Position numbers and translations under genes: made by a program. Below the pieces are notes generated by a model. That model ran no database searches and was not told where the DNA came from. It saw only the letters and a program-made list of their open reading frames with translations. A stretch of 64,000 nt of DNA from Eledone cirrhosa (Eukaryota): contig OZ024753.1 in the NCBI GenBank assembly GCA_964016885.1, positions 18,848,001-18,912,000 of the forward strand. The letters are read 5' to 3'. Positions 52,175 to 64,000 of the stretch are shown here, piece after piece; position 1 is the first letter of the stretch, and each line of letters opens with the position of its first letter.

Positions 52175-55100
52175 TTTCATTTGTTGGCCACAAGGGCCGA
52201 CATATAGGGGACAATACAAAAGACTGGGACAGTGGGGTTTTACAGAAAAATCGAGTAAACGATATGAATAAACGTAGTAACAATAACAAAATAAAAGTAA
52301 AGTAACAAGAAAATTACAACAAGAAAAAAATTCCCCAATAGGGAGGATGACCACCTATGGTTCGCTCAGGTACCCCACCAGTACTGAACGACCCGATGCT
52401 TTGAGAGCACCCTGGAAGGGCACACCTCTCCTCTTCAAATTTACCTACCTACAGCCGCATGACTAGAGTGGACCCATTCACACGGGCCATTCTCGCCACA
52501 TTCACCCACCTTTCAGCAAATGTACTGGGGGGCAGCACTCCTCTCTCCACACTCAACTTCCTTTCCAAATCAAACTTGAAAAAGTTGATGAGGGCTTGGC
52601 CGAAGAGAAAAGTGTCTGTCTTCAGTCCTTTCAACCTCGTCCACCATACAACCTCTTTCGCTACTGCCACCAGACAGGAAAATTGCCTGCCCTTCCTGAC
52701 CAAAAGAAGGCGGCGGGTCGATCTTCACTATGGACTCGGCCGATAGCCGGATCCGTTCTACACGCGACAACAGCTGCTCAACATAACTCCACAAGTCAGT
52801 AATGCATGGACACTGGACGAGTGCGTGCAGAACGGTTTCGTCGCTCTGCGCGCATCTCGGGCAGGTCCGCCTGAGAGCACTTCCGTGCCTGTAGAGTTTA
52901 TCTCGAACCGGCAGTGCCTCCCGGTAGCACTGCCAAGGGAGGGATATTTGGTAATTATCCATCGTCCCCGGCTCAAAAGTACTCCGGTACAGACTGGTTA
53001 GTTTCGACTTCGTTGACTCCCAGAGCCTCTCCGAGTGCGTCGTCGCACTTGCCCACCACTAATCCTCTATAGAACTCGAGAGTGGAAGTTCCTCTGCCGC
53101 ATTGCCCGCCTGGTAGAGGGTAGTGAGTGCCTGGAAACATTCCAGATGCCAGTCACCCAGTCTCGGACTCTTCTTGACCCAGGACTGCAACTCAGTCAAA
53201 GTAACGAGCTGCGGAAAGGCCCGTCTGACAAACGGCGAACACAATTGTTCACCGTTTAGGCAGAATATCTGGAGATGCCGCAGCCTCAGTGCGAGCCTGC
53301 GCATCATTAGCCACGGCATGCCCAGCCCTCCACGTAGAGGGTGCTGGCAGCAGATGGACCGCCTCACCAGCGGAACCTGAGCCCTCCACAAGAATTTGAA
53401 GAGGAGCCGCTCCAAGATGGCGAGGCGCGAACGGGGGCAAGGGACGACAGTCAGACGGTAGTAGATAACGGACGCGATGTACGCGGTCGCCACCTCCGCC
53501 CGACCTTTCGGCTGAAGTAATTGGCCTTTCGCAGCGCCCAGCGTCAGCCGTTGAGAGTTGCGGCAAGCCATCGAGGTAGGGACTGAAGTCCGCCACCATC
53601 TGTTACCCGCCACTTCCCTCGAACAACCGAGCAAAATGTTGGCGAAAGGCCTCACACATCCTCTTGGAATCGTTCAACTCGTGCCCGTCTCGATCCGTCA
53701 AAGACCGAATCGTGGTTTTATTACCACGCTGCGCCTCTGCCACGCGGGCCCATCGAACAGCTTTGGTTCCCTCATTTCTCAGAGCACGCGCCTTAGCTCT
53801 GACAATGCAACCTTCGGATTTCGCATTGAAGAAATGGTCTAATGCCATTCTCGCCGCTAGCACATCAGTTGCAATGCCACTATCAATAGCCTCGTCTAAC
53901 TTATCTACCAACTCCCCCTGCTTTCTATTTTTCTCTAATGCTACTTCTTTGCTAAACTCTATCGACATTACTTTAATCTCTCTTTTGAGAGCCCCCCACC
54001 ATCTATTGTTGACGACTCCCCCTGTCAACTTTTTCTTAACTAAATTGTTGACCTGGTCCCTGTAAGCCTTACGTGCCGGAAATGACATATTTAGCTTCCA
54101 GTAACCAGGTCCTAGCCTACGCGTCTTATCTAGGTCGACCATACAGATCACAATCTTGTGATCTGAATAGGCGACCGTTTCAAAACGTGGACAGCTTACA
54201 CTATTTCTGTCTATTTTCCTAATGAATATCCTGTCTATATATGATCTAGGTTACCCTATGCGGTTAGCCCAGGTCCACACTGGCGCATTAGGGAAATTTG
54301 TCGGTACCTGTCAGTCAGTTGGAACTGGCTGATCAGGTTCTTGAGGCTTTTGCACCCCCCCCCACGCTCCTATCGGATACTCCCACACAGTCCCAGCGTG
54401 CGTCTAAGATGCCGTTCCAGTCCCCCGCTAACAGTAAAGGGCGAGACGTACCCAGAAAGGCTTCCAGGCGTCTAAAGAAGTCCGGCCGTCCTGCCCCAGT
54501 AGGAGCATAGACGGCCACCAGTCTAAAGGCACCACCTTCATTATTCTTCACGTCCAGGACCACCAACTTCCCGTCCGGGTCCCGGAAGATCGACCTTACC
54601 TCGAGATCCAGGCCTTTCCTAAACAGCACTGCCACCCCGCCACCATTCCCAGCCGGCTAACAGATGCTAAAGATCTGATAGTCGTCGAAAATGGGGGCTA
54701 GTGCGCGCGTGACGGAAATCCTGGTCTCGCTGACTGCAATTACATCCATTTCTATAGACCTGAGGTCGTTAAGCAGGTGACCCTGCTTCTAGGACGATCC
54801 CGGGCCTCGAACATTTAAACATCCTACTCTTAATACGGCCATGTTGGCAAGATAAGATAAACAGAGAGAGAGGAATATTTACTTACCTTCCGGTCTCTTG
54901 TGAAGGACGGGTTGTTCGACCTCCATAGTTAGTGGGGTTTCTTTTGGGAAGCCCTTTAAAAGTCTTGAAGTGGGTTTTACGTTCGGGGTTCCCACGTCCC
55001 GATGAAAGCTGTCTCGTATTTCTTTGAATATGTCGAGCGACATTCGTACCAGAACCAAATCTTCCGGCACCAGAAATATGTTCGATTTAAAAATTTCCCC

Positions 55101-57057
55101 CTCTTTTTGTATATTTTCACTTCGTGCTACGAGGGCCATCAGTTCCTTGTTGGCCCTCCTGACGAGCACGAAGTTTTGTATCTTTTGTTGGTGGGATTTT
55201 ATTTGTTTGCGTGGCTGTGGTGGTGATGGTTTTGGTGGTGTTGTTTCGATTGTATCTGTGTTTGTTGTGAGTGCGGTGTCTGTGGTTTCAGATGTTTGTG
55301 TGTATATTTGTTCTTGCGTCTGTTTCGGTTGTTTGCGTTTGGGGGATGCTGGTGATGGTGATGGTGGTGTTGATGTTGGTGTTATTGGAGAGATGTTTGC
55401 GTGGGTGGTGTCTGCGTTTTTTATTGTAGGGGATTTTGAGCTTTGTTGAGTTTTTTTTTTCTTTTTGTGTTTCCTTTTTTGTATTTTGGGATTTCCCTCA
55501 TCTTCACTACTGGTAGATGAGGGGTCTGTGTATGTAAGTGTGTCTGTATGTATGTTTAAGGTTTTATTGGTGTGTGTATTTTGGGGGAGGCGGAATGTGA
55601 CAGCTTTCCTCGTTTCCCCCCTGGGTGGTCAATGTTGGTGGTGGTCTTTCTATTGGTGTTGTTGTTGGTGGTTTTGCCGGTGCAGGTGTTGGTTGTGGTC
55701 CTCGCCCCGGCGTCGGCAGCAGTGGAGCCTTTCGACCCCTTGCATCTTTCAGCAGTTGAGGCTAGAAGGCTCGCAAATGCGTTTTTTCCCCACAGACAAA
55801 ACACTGCGGCCTTTTGCCTTCGGTCATAATGTGAATGACAGTCCCATTCTGAAGTCGGGTGTGGTCTGGGATTGTCTTCACATTCTCGGGCCTGATCTGG
55901 AGAAGGATCTCCAGGTCAACCACGGACCAGTCCTCTCTGGCCGTTCTGGTCACTTCTATAGGGACTGTATCCGTCCCCTCCACAATCACACATCCCAGAA
56001 ACCACCACATGTCAAGTCCTGGTGGGATTCTGGGAATGCGGAGACGGGTCGTTCTTTTTCCCATGTGGGAGGCGTACATTATGACCTTGCTGGTTTTGCA
56101 AGGAGTCATGGCGTGTTTCATCGCGAGGGCTTCTGACTTGAACAGCACCGAAATGGTGCCGTACTGTCTGCCCCTCTCTATGTATTCGGTGTCTTCTCTG
56201 ATGCACCTCAGCGCGACTTCGACATCTTCTTGTGGGATTAACGCTGCCCTTTTGGTTTGTTCCTGAGATGCACCGTTTGTGCTGATAATGCACCGTTTTG
56301 CGCTCCACTGCCTCAATAGCTTCTACCGGGACAGTTAAGTTGGCCCAAGTTTGCTCTTGCTTGATGAGCTTCCATGCCTGGGCCAACTTTTCATCTTTGT
56401 TTGACAGGTCCATGTTGAAGCATGGCCTCTTTTTTGCTGCTGCCGCAGCGAAAGTGGTCTTGTTTTCGTTGGGGGTGTTGTTGACGTTGTTCTTGTTGAT
56501 GTTGTTGTTAGCACTGTCGCTGTTATCATTGTTGTATTTGCTGCCACCGTTGTTCTCGGTGCAGTTGGTATTGTTGCTGTTGGTGTTCTCGCTATTTGTT
56601 TTCATGTTGGTGGAGTTGATATTGTTGTTGTATTTGTTATTTTTTTTTTTGTTATCTGTATTTTCGTTGTCGTTGTTACTGTCATTTTTTTTCAAATTAG
56701 AGTTCTTATTGGTATCATTGGTGTCTTTGTTTACCTTGTTTGTGGTGGTGTTTGTGTTATCAATGTGTGTTAATTTTGCTGTAGCGCTCCTCTCAAATTC
56801 TACGTCGTTGTCGCACGACAGCTGACATATCGCTGTGGGGCTTGGCTCAGCCATGTTTTTTTTTCTTCGTAAATTTGTTAACATGTAAAAAAAAGTTCAA
56901 ATATTTGGGCCAGAAGGCCCAAATATACTTTCCCCTTCACGGGGCAAAGTCTAAGGGCTTATATCCCTTACACAACAATAAATATTTAACGACAACTAAT
57001 TTAAAGAGGCAAATAAAGCGACTTACTGTGAGCAAGCAAAATACGTCCGCTTAGACC
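52173..57057 (-). mobile_element. Tx1/L1-clade LINE copy A; both ends present but RT core deleted
   Basis: ORF1 with Asn-rich N-terminus and CFVCGEKTHLRAFC knuckle; APE (GDWNGILD, PGYWKLN); CPRC zinc finger; (AAT)n at both ends. Confidence 0.92.
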
Positions 57058-57072
57058 AATAATAATAATAAT

Positions 57073-57381
57073 AGTTTCTACTGTAGGCACAAGGCCAGCA
57101 ATTACCCAGTGCATTACTGGTACTTTATTTTATCGACCCCGTAAGGATGAAAGGCAAAGTCAACCTCGGCGGGATTTTAACTCAGATCGTAAAGGGACGT
57201 AACTATGCTGGAAAGCATGGCTTCCGACCCTCTACCGATACTGCCAATCCACCGCCTAATAATAATAATGCTTTCTTTATTAACCACAAAAATAATGATA
57301 ATAATTGTTTCTACGTTAGGCACAAGGCCAGCAATTACCCAGTGTATTACTGGTACTTTATTTTATCGACCCCGTAAGGAT
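57073..57381 (-). mobile_element. Full and partial tRNA/Deu-domain SINE between the two LINEs
   Basis: Reverse complement of the 19889-20070 copy, with (AAT)n tails. Confidence 0.85.
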
Positions 57382-57390
57382 AATAATAAT

Positions 57391-60300
57391 GATTTCATTT
57401 ATTGGCCACAAGGGTCGACATCTAGGGGACAATACAAAGACAGGGACCGTGGGGGTTTACAATAAGGTCTAGTAAAAGTGCACAATGGCAAAACCAATTC
57501 AACAATGAAGATATAAAAAAATATAAAATAAATTATGCATAAATATAACAAAATAAATTCCCCTATAGGGGGTGGACGCCCCAGGTGTGAACCACCCTGC
57601 GCTTCTAGGGCACCCAGGGAGAGCACCCCTCTCCTCAAGTTAGCTAGCCTATAAGCGCATGGTCAGAGTAGGACCATACACACTGGCCATTCTCGCCACA
57701 TTCATTCACTATTTAGCAAATGTACTGGGGGGCAGCACTTCTCTCCACCCCCACCTTTCTTTCCAGGTGAAACTTGAAGAAGTTGATGAGGGATTAGCCG
57801 AAGAGAAAAGTGTCTGTCTTCAGTCCTTTCAACCTGGTCCACCATATAACCTTTACCGCAACGGCCACCAGGCAGAGGAAAATTGCCTGCCCTTCCTGAC
57901 CAAAGGAAGGTGGCGGGTGAATCTTCACTATGGACTCGTCCGATAGCCGGATCCGTTCCACACGCGACAGTTGCTGTTGGACATAACTCCACAAGTCTGT
58001 AATGCACATACATTGGACAAGTGCGTGCAGAACGGTTTCGTCGCTCTGTGCGCATCTTGGGCAGGTCCGTCTGACAGCACTTCCGTGCATGTAGAGTTTA
58101 TCCCGAACTGGCAGTGACCCCCTGTTAGCACTGCCAAGCGAGGGATTTCTGGAAATTGTCTTCATCCCCGGCTCGAAATTCCTCCGGTACAGACTGATCA
58201 GATCGACTTCGTCGAGGCCCAAATCTTCTCCGAGTCCGTCATCGCACTTGCCCACCACTAATCCTCTATAGAACTCGAGAGTGGAAGTTCCACAGATTGC
58301 ATTGCCCGCCTGGCAGAGGGCAGTGAGTGCCTGGCAACATTCCAGAAGTCAGTCACCCAGTCTCGGCCTCTTCTTTACCCAGGATTGCAGCTCAGTCAAA
58401 GAAACGTGCTGCGGAAAGGCCCGTCTGACAAACGGCGAACACACCTGTTCAACGTTTACGCACAATATCTGTCTGCGCATCATTAGCCACGCATTCCCAG
58501 CCCTCCGCGTAGGGGGTGCTGGCAGCAGATGGAACGCCTCACCAACGGAACTGTCCCTTCCACAAGAATTTGAAGGGGAACGTTTCCAACTTGACGAGGC
58601 GCGGACGGGGGCAAGGCACGACGGTCGGGCGATAGTAAATGACGGACGCGATCTACGAATGCGTCACCGCCACGCGACCTTTCAGCGATAGCTTCCTCGC
58701 AGCCCATTTATGGATGACACTCGCTACTCTGCTCGTTACCTCGTGGCAATTCTTATCCACCTGAAGATCTGACACGAACCACACCCTGAGCAACTTTACC
58801 AGTCCGTCCATCCAACGCCCAAGGATGCTGTTGGACGGCATGGACTGCCTCTCCAGGTGCCGAGTTGGAAGCCCACCGACTTTTCCGGGTTAAGTTTTGC
58901 TCCCGTCAAACGTTCATATTCCTCCAATATTTTGCCGACCACCTCGATTTCTGAGGTGTCCAACACCATCACGGTGATGTCGTCCGCATAAGCTGACACA
59001 GCCCTTCCATGTCCCGGTTCGAGCGGGATTCCCTGCAACAGTTCCAGCTTCCGCAGTAAAGGCTCGAGAGTCAATACGTACAGAAGGGAAGAGAGAGGGC
59101 ACGCTTGACGGACCGATCGGGAGAGCCGAAATGGTTCCGAGAGGTGGCCGTTAAACTTGACCACCGAGTATGTACCGCTCTGCATTGCAGCGATCCACCT
59201 TCTGTAGACAGGGCCGAAGCCAGCCGCTTTGAGGACAGCCTCCAGAGATCGATGGTCGACCCTATCGAATGCTTTCGTTTGATCTAAATTGATCACTACC
59301 CCACCGAAGCCAGGTTTACACCCTTCCCTCTATATCATGTATCGCATGAGGTGGAGATTGACGTATATGGATCTGGCTGGGATTGCGCAAGTTTGCGCCT
59401 CCCCATCCAAATCCTCGACGACAAGCGCCAATCTCTTTGTTAACACCTTGGCCAAAATTTTAAACTCTGTGTTGAGCAGAGTTAGGGCCCGAAGTTGTCT
59501 AATATATTCATCTTGTTCTCGTCTTTCGTTATCAGCGTCACCACTCCCCGCTCACAGAAATGGGAATACTCCCGTTCTGCTGCCAGTTGCAGTAGAGCGC
59601 TTTGAGGAGATTGGAGAACAAGTCTGGCATATTTACGTAAAGCTCGTAGAGTAGGCCATCCAAATCGGGTGAGTTGCACCTCATGCAGCCTATAAGGGCG
59701 TTCTGAATTCCGGCTGAAGTAATTGGCCTTTCGCAGCGTTCAGCGTCGCCCGTCATGATGCGCGGCAAGCCGTCAAGGTATGGACTAAAATCCGCTACTC
59801 TCTCTGACCCGCCACTTCCCCCGAACAATCGAGCAAAGTGCTGGCGAAAGGCCTCACACATCTGCTTGGAATCGCTTCTCTCGTGTTCATCTCGGTCCGC
59901 CAAAGACCGAATTGTGGTTTTATTACCAAGCTGCGCCTCTGCCACGCGGGCCCATCGAACAGCTTTGGTTCACTCGTTTCTCAGAGCACGCGCCTTAGCT
60001 CTGACAATGCAACCTTCGTGTTTCGCATTGAAGAAATGGTCTAATACCATTCTCGCCGATAGCACCCCAGTGGCAATGCCACTACAAATAGCCTCGTTTA
60101 ACTTATCTACCAGCTCCCCCTCCTTTCTATTTTTCTCTAACTCTAGTTAGCTGAACTCTATCGAAGTTACTCTAATCTCTCTTTTGAGAGCCCCCCACCA
60201 TATGTTGTTGATGATCCCCTCCCTGTCAACTTTTGCTTATGAAAGCCTTACGTGCCGGAAATGACATGTTCAGCTTCCAGTTAACCGGTCCCAATCTACG

Positions 60301-63170
60301 CGTTTTATCTAAGTCGACCATACAGATCACACATTTGTGATCTGACTACACTATTTCTATCTATTTTTCTAATGTAGATCCTGTCTATATACGATCTAGA
60401 TGACCCCATGCGGTTGGTCATGTCCACACTAGCGCATTGGGGAAATCTAGTCGCTACCTGTCAGACAGTTGGAACTGGCTGATTATGTGCTTGAGGCTTT
60501 TGCACCCCCGCTCCTATCACCTACTCCCACACAATCCCAGCGTGTGTCTAAAAGGCTGTTCCAGCCCCCCGCTAACAGTAAAGGGCGAGATGTACCCAGA
60601 AAGGTCTCCGGGCGCCTAAAGAAGTCCGGTCGTCCGGCCCCGGTAGGAGCGCAGACGGCCAGCAGTCGAAAAGCACCAACTTCGCTACTGCTCACATTGC
60701 GGACCACAAACTTACCGTCCGGGTCCCGGAAGTTCGACCTTACCTTGAGATCCAGACCTCTCCTAAGCAGCACTGCCACCCCGCCTCCCATTCCCGGCCT
60801 GCTAACAGATGCAAAGATATGATAGTCGTAGAAAATGGAGGCTAGTGCGCGCATGTCGGAAATCCTGGTCTTGCTGACGGCAATCACATCCATTTCCAGA
60901 GACCTGAGATCGTTGAGCAGGCGACCCTGCTTATAGGACGATCCCAGGCCTCGAACATTTAAACTTCCTACTCTTAATAAGGCCATGTTGGCAGGTTAAA
61001 AAGAGAGAGAGGAAAGGTTTACTTACCTTCCGGTCTCTTGTGAAGGTCGGGTGGTTCGACCTCCATAGTTGGTGGGGTTTCTTTTGGGAACCCCTTTAGA
61101 AGTCTTGAAGTGGGTTTTACGTTCGGGGTTCCCACGTCCCGAGGAAAGCTGTCTCGTATTTCTTTGTATAAATCGAGCGATATTCGCACCAGAAACATAT
61201 CTTCCGGCACGCGAAATGTGCTCGATTTAAAAATGTCCCCCTCTTTTTGTATATTTTCACTGCGTGCTACGAGGGCATCATTTCCTTGTTGGCCCTCCTG
61301 ACGAGCATGAAGTTTTGTATGTTTTGTTGGTGTGATTTTATTTATTTGCGTGTCTGTGATGGTGATGGTTTTGATGGTATTGTTTCGGTTGTGTCTGTTT
61401 GTTGTGTGTGCGGTGTCTGTGGTTTCAGATGTTTGTGTGTGTATTGTTCTTGCGTCAGTTTAGGTTGTTTGCGTTTGGGGCATTCTGGTGATGGTGATGG
61501 TGGTGTTGATGATGGTGTTATTGGAGAGATGTTTGCGTGGGTGGTGTCTGCATCTTTTATTGTGGGTGATTTTTGTGATTTGTTGAGTTTCTTTTCTTTT
61601 TTGTGTTTCCTTTTTTGTATTTTAGGAGATTTGGGTTTTCCCTCATCTTCACTACTGGTAGATGAGGAGTCTTTTGTTGTAAGTGTATCTGTGTGTGTTT
61701 ATGGTTTTATTGGTGTGTGTATTTTGGGGGGAGGGGGAATTTGACAGCTTTCCTCGTTTCCCCACTGGGTGGTCAATGTTGGTGGTGGTCTTTCTATTGG
61801 TGTTGTGTGGTTTTGCCGGTGCTGATGTTGGTTGTTGTCCTCGCCCCGGCGTCGGCAGCAGTGGAGCCTTTCGACCCCATGCATCTTTCAGCAGTTGAGG
61901 GCAGAAGGCTCGCAAAAGGGTTTTTTCCCCACAAACAAAACAATCCGGCCTCTTGCCTTCGCTCATAAATTGAATGACCGTCCCATTCTGAAGGTGGATG
62001 TGGTCCGGGATTGTCTTCACATTCTCGGGCCTGATCTGGAGAAGGATCTCCAGGTCAACCTCGGACCAGTCCTCTCTGGCCGTTCTGGTCACTTCTATAG
62101 GGACTGTATCCGTCCCCTCCACAATCACACATCCCAGAAGCCACCACATGTCAAGTCCTGGTGGGATTCTCGGTATGCGGAGATGGGCCGTTCTTTTCCC
62201 TATGTGGGAGGGGTACATTATGACCTTGCTGGTTTTACAAGGAGTCAGAGCGTGTTTTATAGCGAGGGCTTCTGACTTGAACAGCACCGAAATGGTGCCG
62301 TACTGTCTGCCCCTCGCTTTGTATTCGGTGTCTTCTCTGATGCACCTCAGCGCGACTTCGACGTCTTCTTGTGGGATTAAAGCTGCCCTTCTGGTTTGTG
62401 CTTAGATGCATCTATAATGCACCGTTCTGCGCTCCACTGCCTCATAGCTTCTACCGGGACAGTTAAGTTGGCCCATGTTTGCTCTTGCCTGGGCCAACTT
62501 TTCATTTTGTTTGAGAGGTCCATGTTGAAGCATGGTCTCTTTTTTGCTGCTGCTGCCGCAGCGAATGTGTTCTTGTCGTTGAGGTTGTCGTTGTCGGTGT
62601 TATTGTTATCACTGTCGCTGTTATCATTGTTGTCTTTGGTGCCACCGTTGTTCTCGGTACAGTTGGTATTGTTGCTGTTGGTGTTGTCGCTGTTTGTTTT
62701 CATGTTAGTGGTGTTGATATTGTTGTAGCATTTGTATTTTTTTTTTTAGTTACTGTATTTTCGTTGTCGCTGTTACTATCATTTTTTTTTCAAAATTAGA
62801 GTTCTCAGAGGTATCATTGGTGTCTTTGTTTACATTGTTTGTGTTGGCGTTTGTGTTATCAATATCTGTTACTTTCGCTGTAGCGCTCCTCTCAGCTTCT
62901 ACGTCGTTGTCGCTGGACAGCAGACATATCGCTGGGGGCGTGGCTCAGCTATGTTTTTTGGGGGTTTTTTCTCGATAATTATTTTAAAATCTAAAAAAGT
63001 TCAAATATTTGGGCCAAAAGGCCCAAATATTATTCTTTCCCCTCACACAGCAAAGTCTTTCCCCCTTCACAGGGCTCGTATGCCATACACAACAACAACA
63101 AATTCAATAAATCAGTTTTGATAGGTAAGTGAACTTACGGGAGCGAGCAAAAAGACGTCCGTTCAGACTC
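57391..63170 (-). mobile_element. Tx1/L1-clade LINE copy B; full-length but degenerate
   Basis: ORF1 knuckle CFVC; APE MALLRVGSLNVRGL; RT DQTKAFDRVDH, VRQACPLS, AYADD; zinc finger; many frameshifts; (AAT)n at both ends. Confidence 0.93.
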
Positions 63171-63211
<41 letters not shown>

Positions 63212-64000
63212 TATCCGAGAACAACAATATATAATGTCCTATCTTTCTCCATTTATATCTGTAACAATATTATAATATATAACTCAATTGCCAATTCATA
63301 ATGTACAATGTCAGAAATTGGTGGTTTAATATGGTGGGTTATGAACATTGAATCAAAAAACTGAGTTGCATATTGAAATAGGTGTTACTGTATGTATACT
63401 GTATTCAAAATAGATAACCTGAATTAACTGCAACATGCAACAGAATGGTTTAAAGATTGAAATAGACTGCAGTCACGTCTACAAGGTAAAACAACTTCGT
63501 CTTCTTCATATCACATCATTAAAATACTGTCACTTTACTTTACTGGTCCAGCAATACACTACAGTTTTATATCGACGAACAAACGTATACGAACATACAT
63601 AAATTCATTCAAACTTTCACACACACACATACACATACACACACACACACACGCACGCACGCACGCACATTCACACACACACATTCACACATATATATAT
63701 ATATATAAATTTATATATATAGTAATAATAATAAATTTGAAGACTAAAATCCAAAGAGGGCACGATCAAATATAAGAACCGTAGAGCAAATATATGTAAA
63801 GGGTAAACAGAAATAACAACACAATCGGTACAGTATATGGGAGGTATATATTGGGTTAACGCTTGATATAGTAGGAAGAGGGTCTTAACGTTTCGGACGC
63901 TAGTCCTTCATTAGAAGAAAGAATGAGAAATAAAATAGATTGGGGGACGGGCGGGATGGAATTGGAAAAAATGTCTTTAGATACGTCTATACATATATAC

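Noticed and set aside
55024-56825. Hydrophobic plus-strand ORFs
   Set aside because: Antisense of the Asn/Thr-rich LINE ORF1

Overview
AT-rich eukaryotic, repeat-saturated DNA with no recognisable host gene. The SINE type and the dense (TA)n/(AAT)n microsatellites suggest an octopus/cephalopod genome (inference). Main contents: (1) a nearly intact ~11 kb Helitron/Helentron-like element. Its single 2411-codon reading frame (38352-45587, one in-frame TAA) encodes a hydrophobic leader ending in a 2A-like NPGP motif, 19-aa repeats, an HUH Rep, a PIF1 helicase and a C-terminal USP-type deubiquitinase. (2) Many Penelope-like (PLE) fragments (GIY-YIG remnants) inserted in (TA)n, carrying about 18 minimal type I hammerhead-ribozyme motifs and repeatedly arranged as outward-facing fold-backs from ~70 bp to 3.9 kb. 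(3) Three degenerate Tx1/L1-like LINEs and one R4/Dong-like RLE LINE fragment, all in (AAT)n. (4) tRNA-derived Deu/Nin-domain SINEs whose 3' tail resembles that of the Tx1-like LINE. (5) A ~175-bp inverted-repeat cassette holding a captured CR1-type PHD ORF1 fragment, plus minisatellites. All calls are by eye; coordinates of degenerate ends are approximate.
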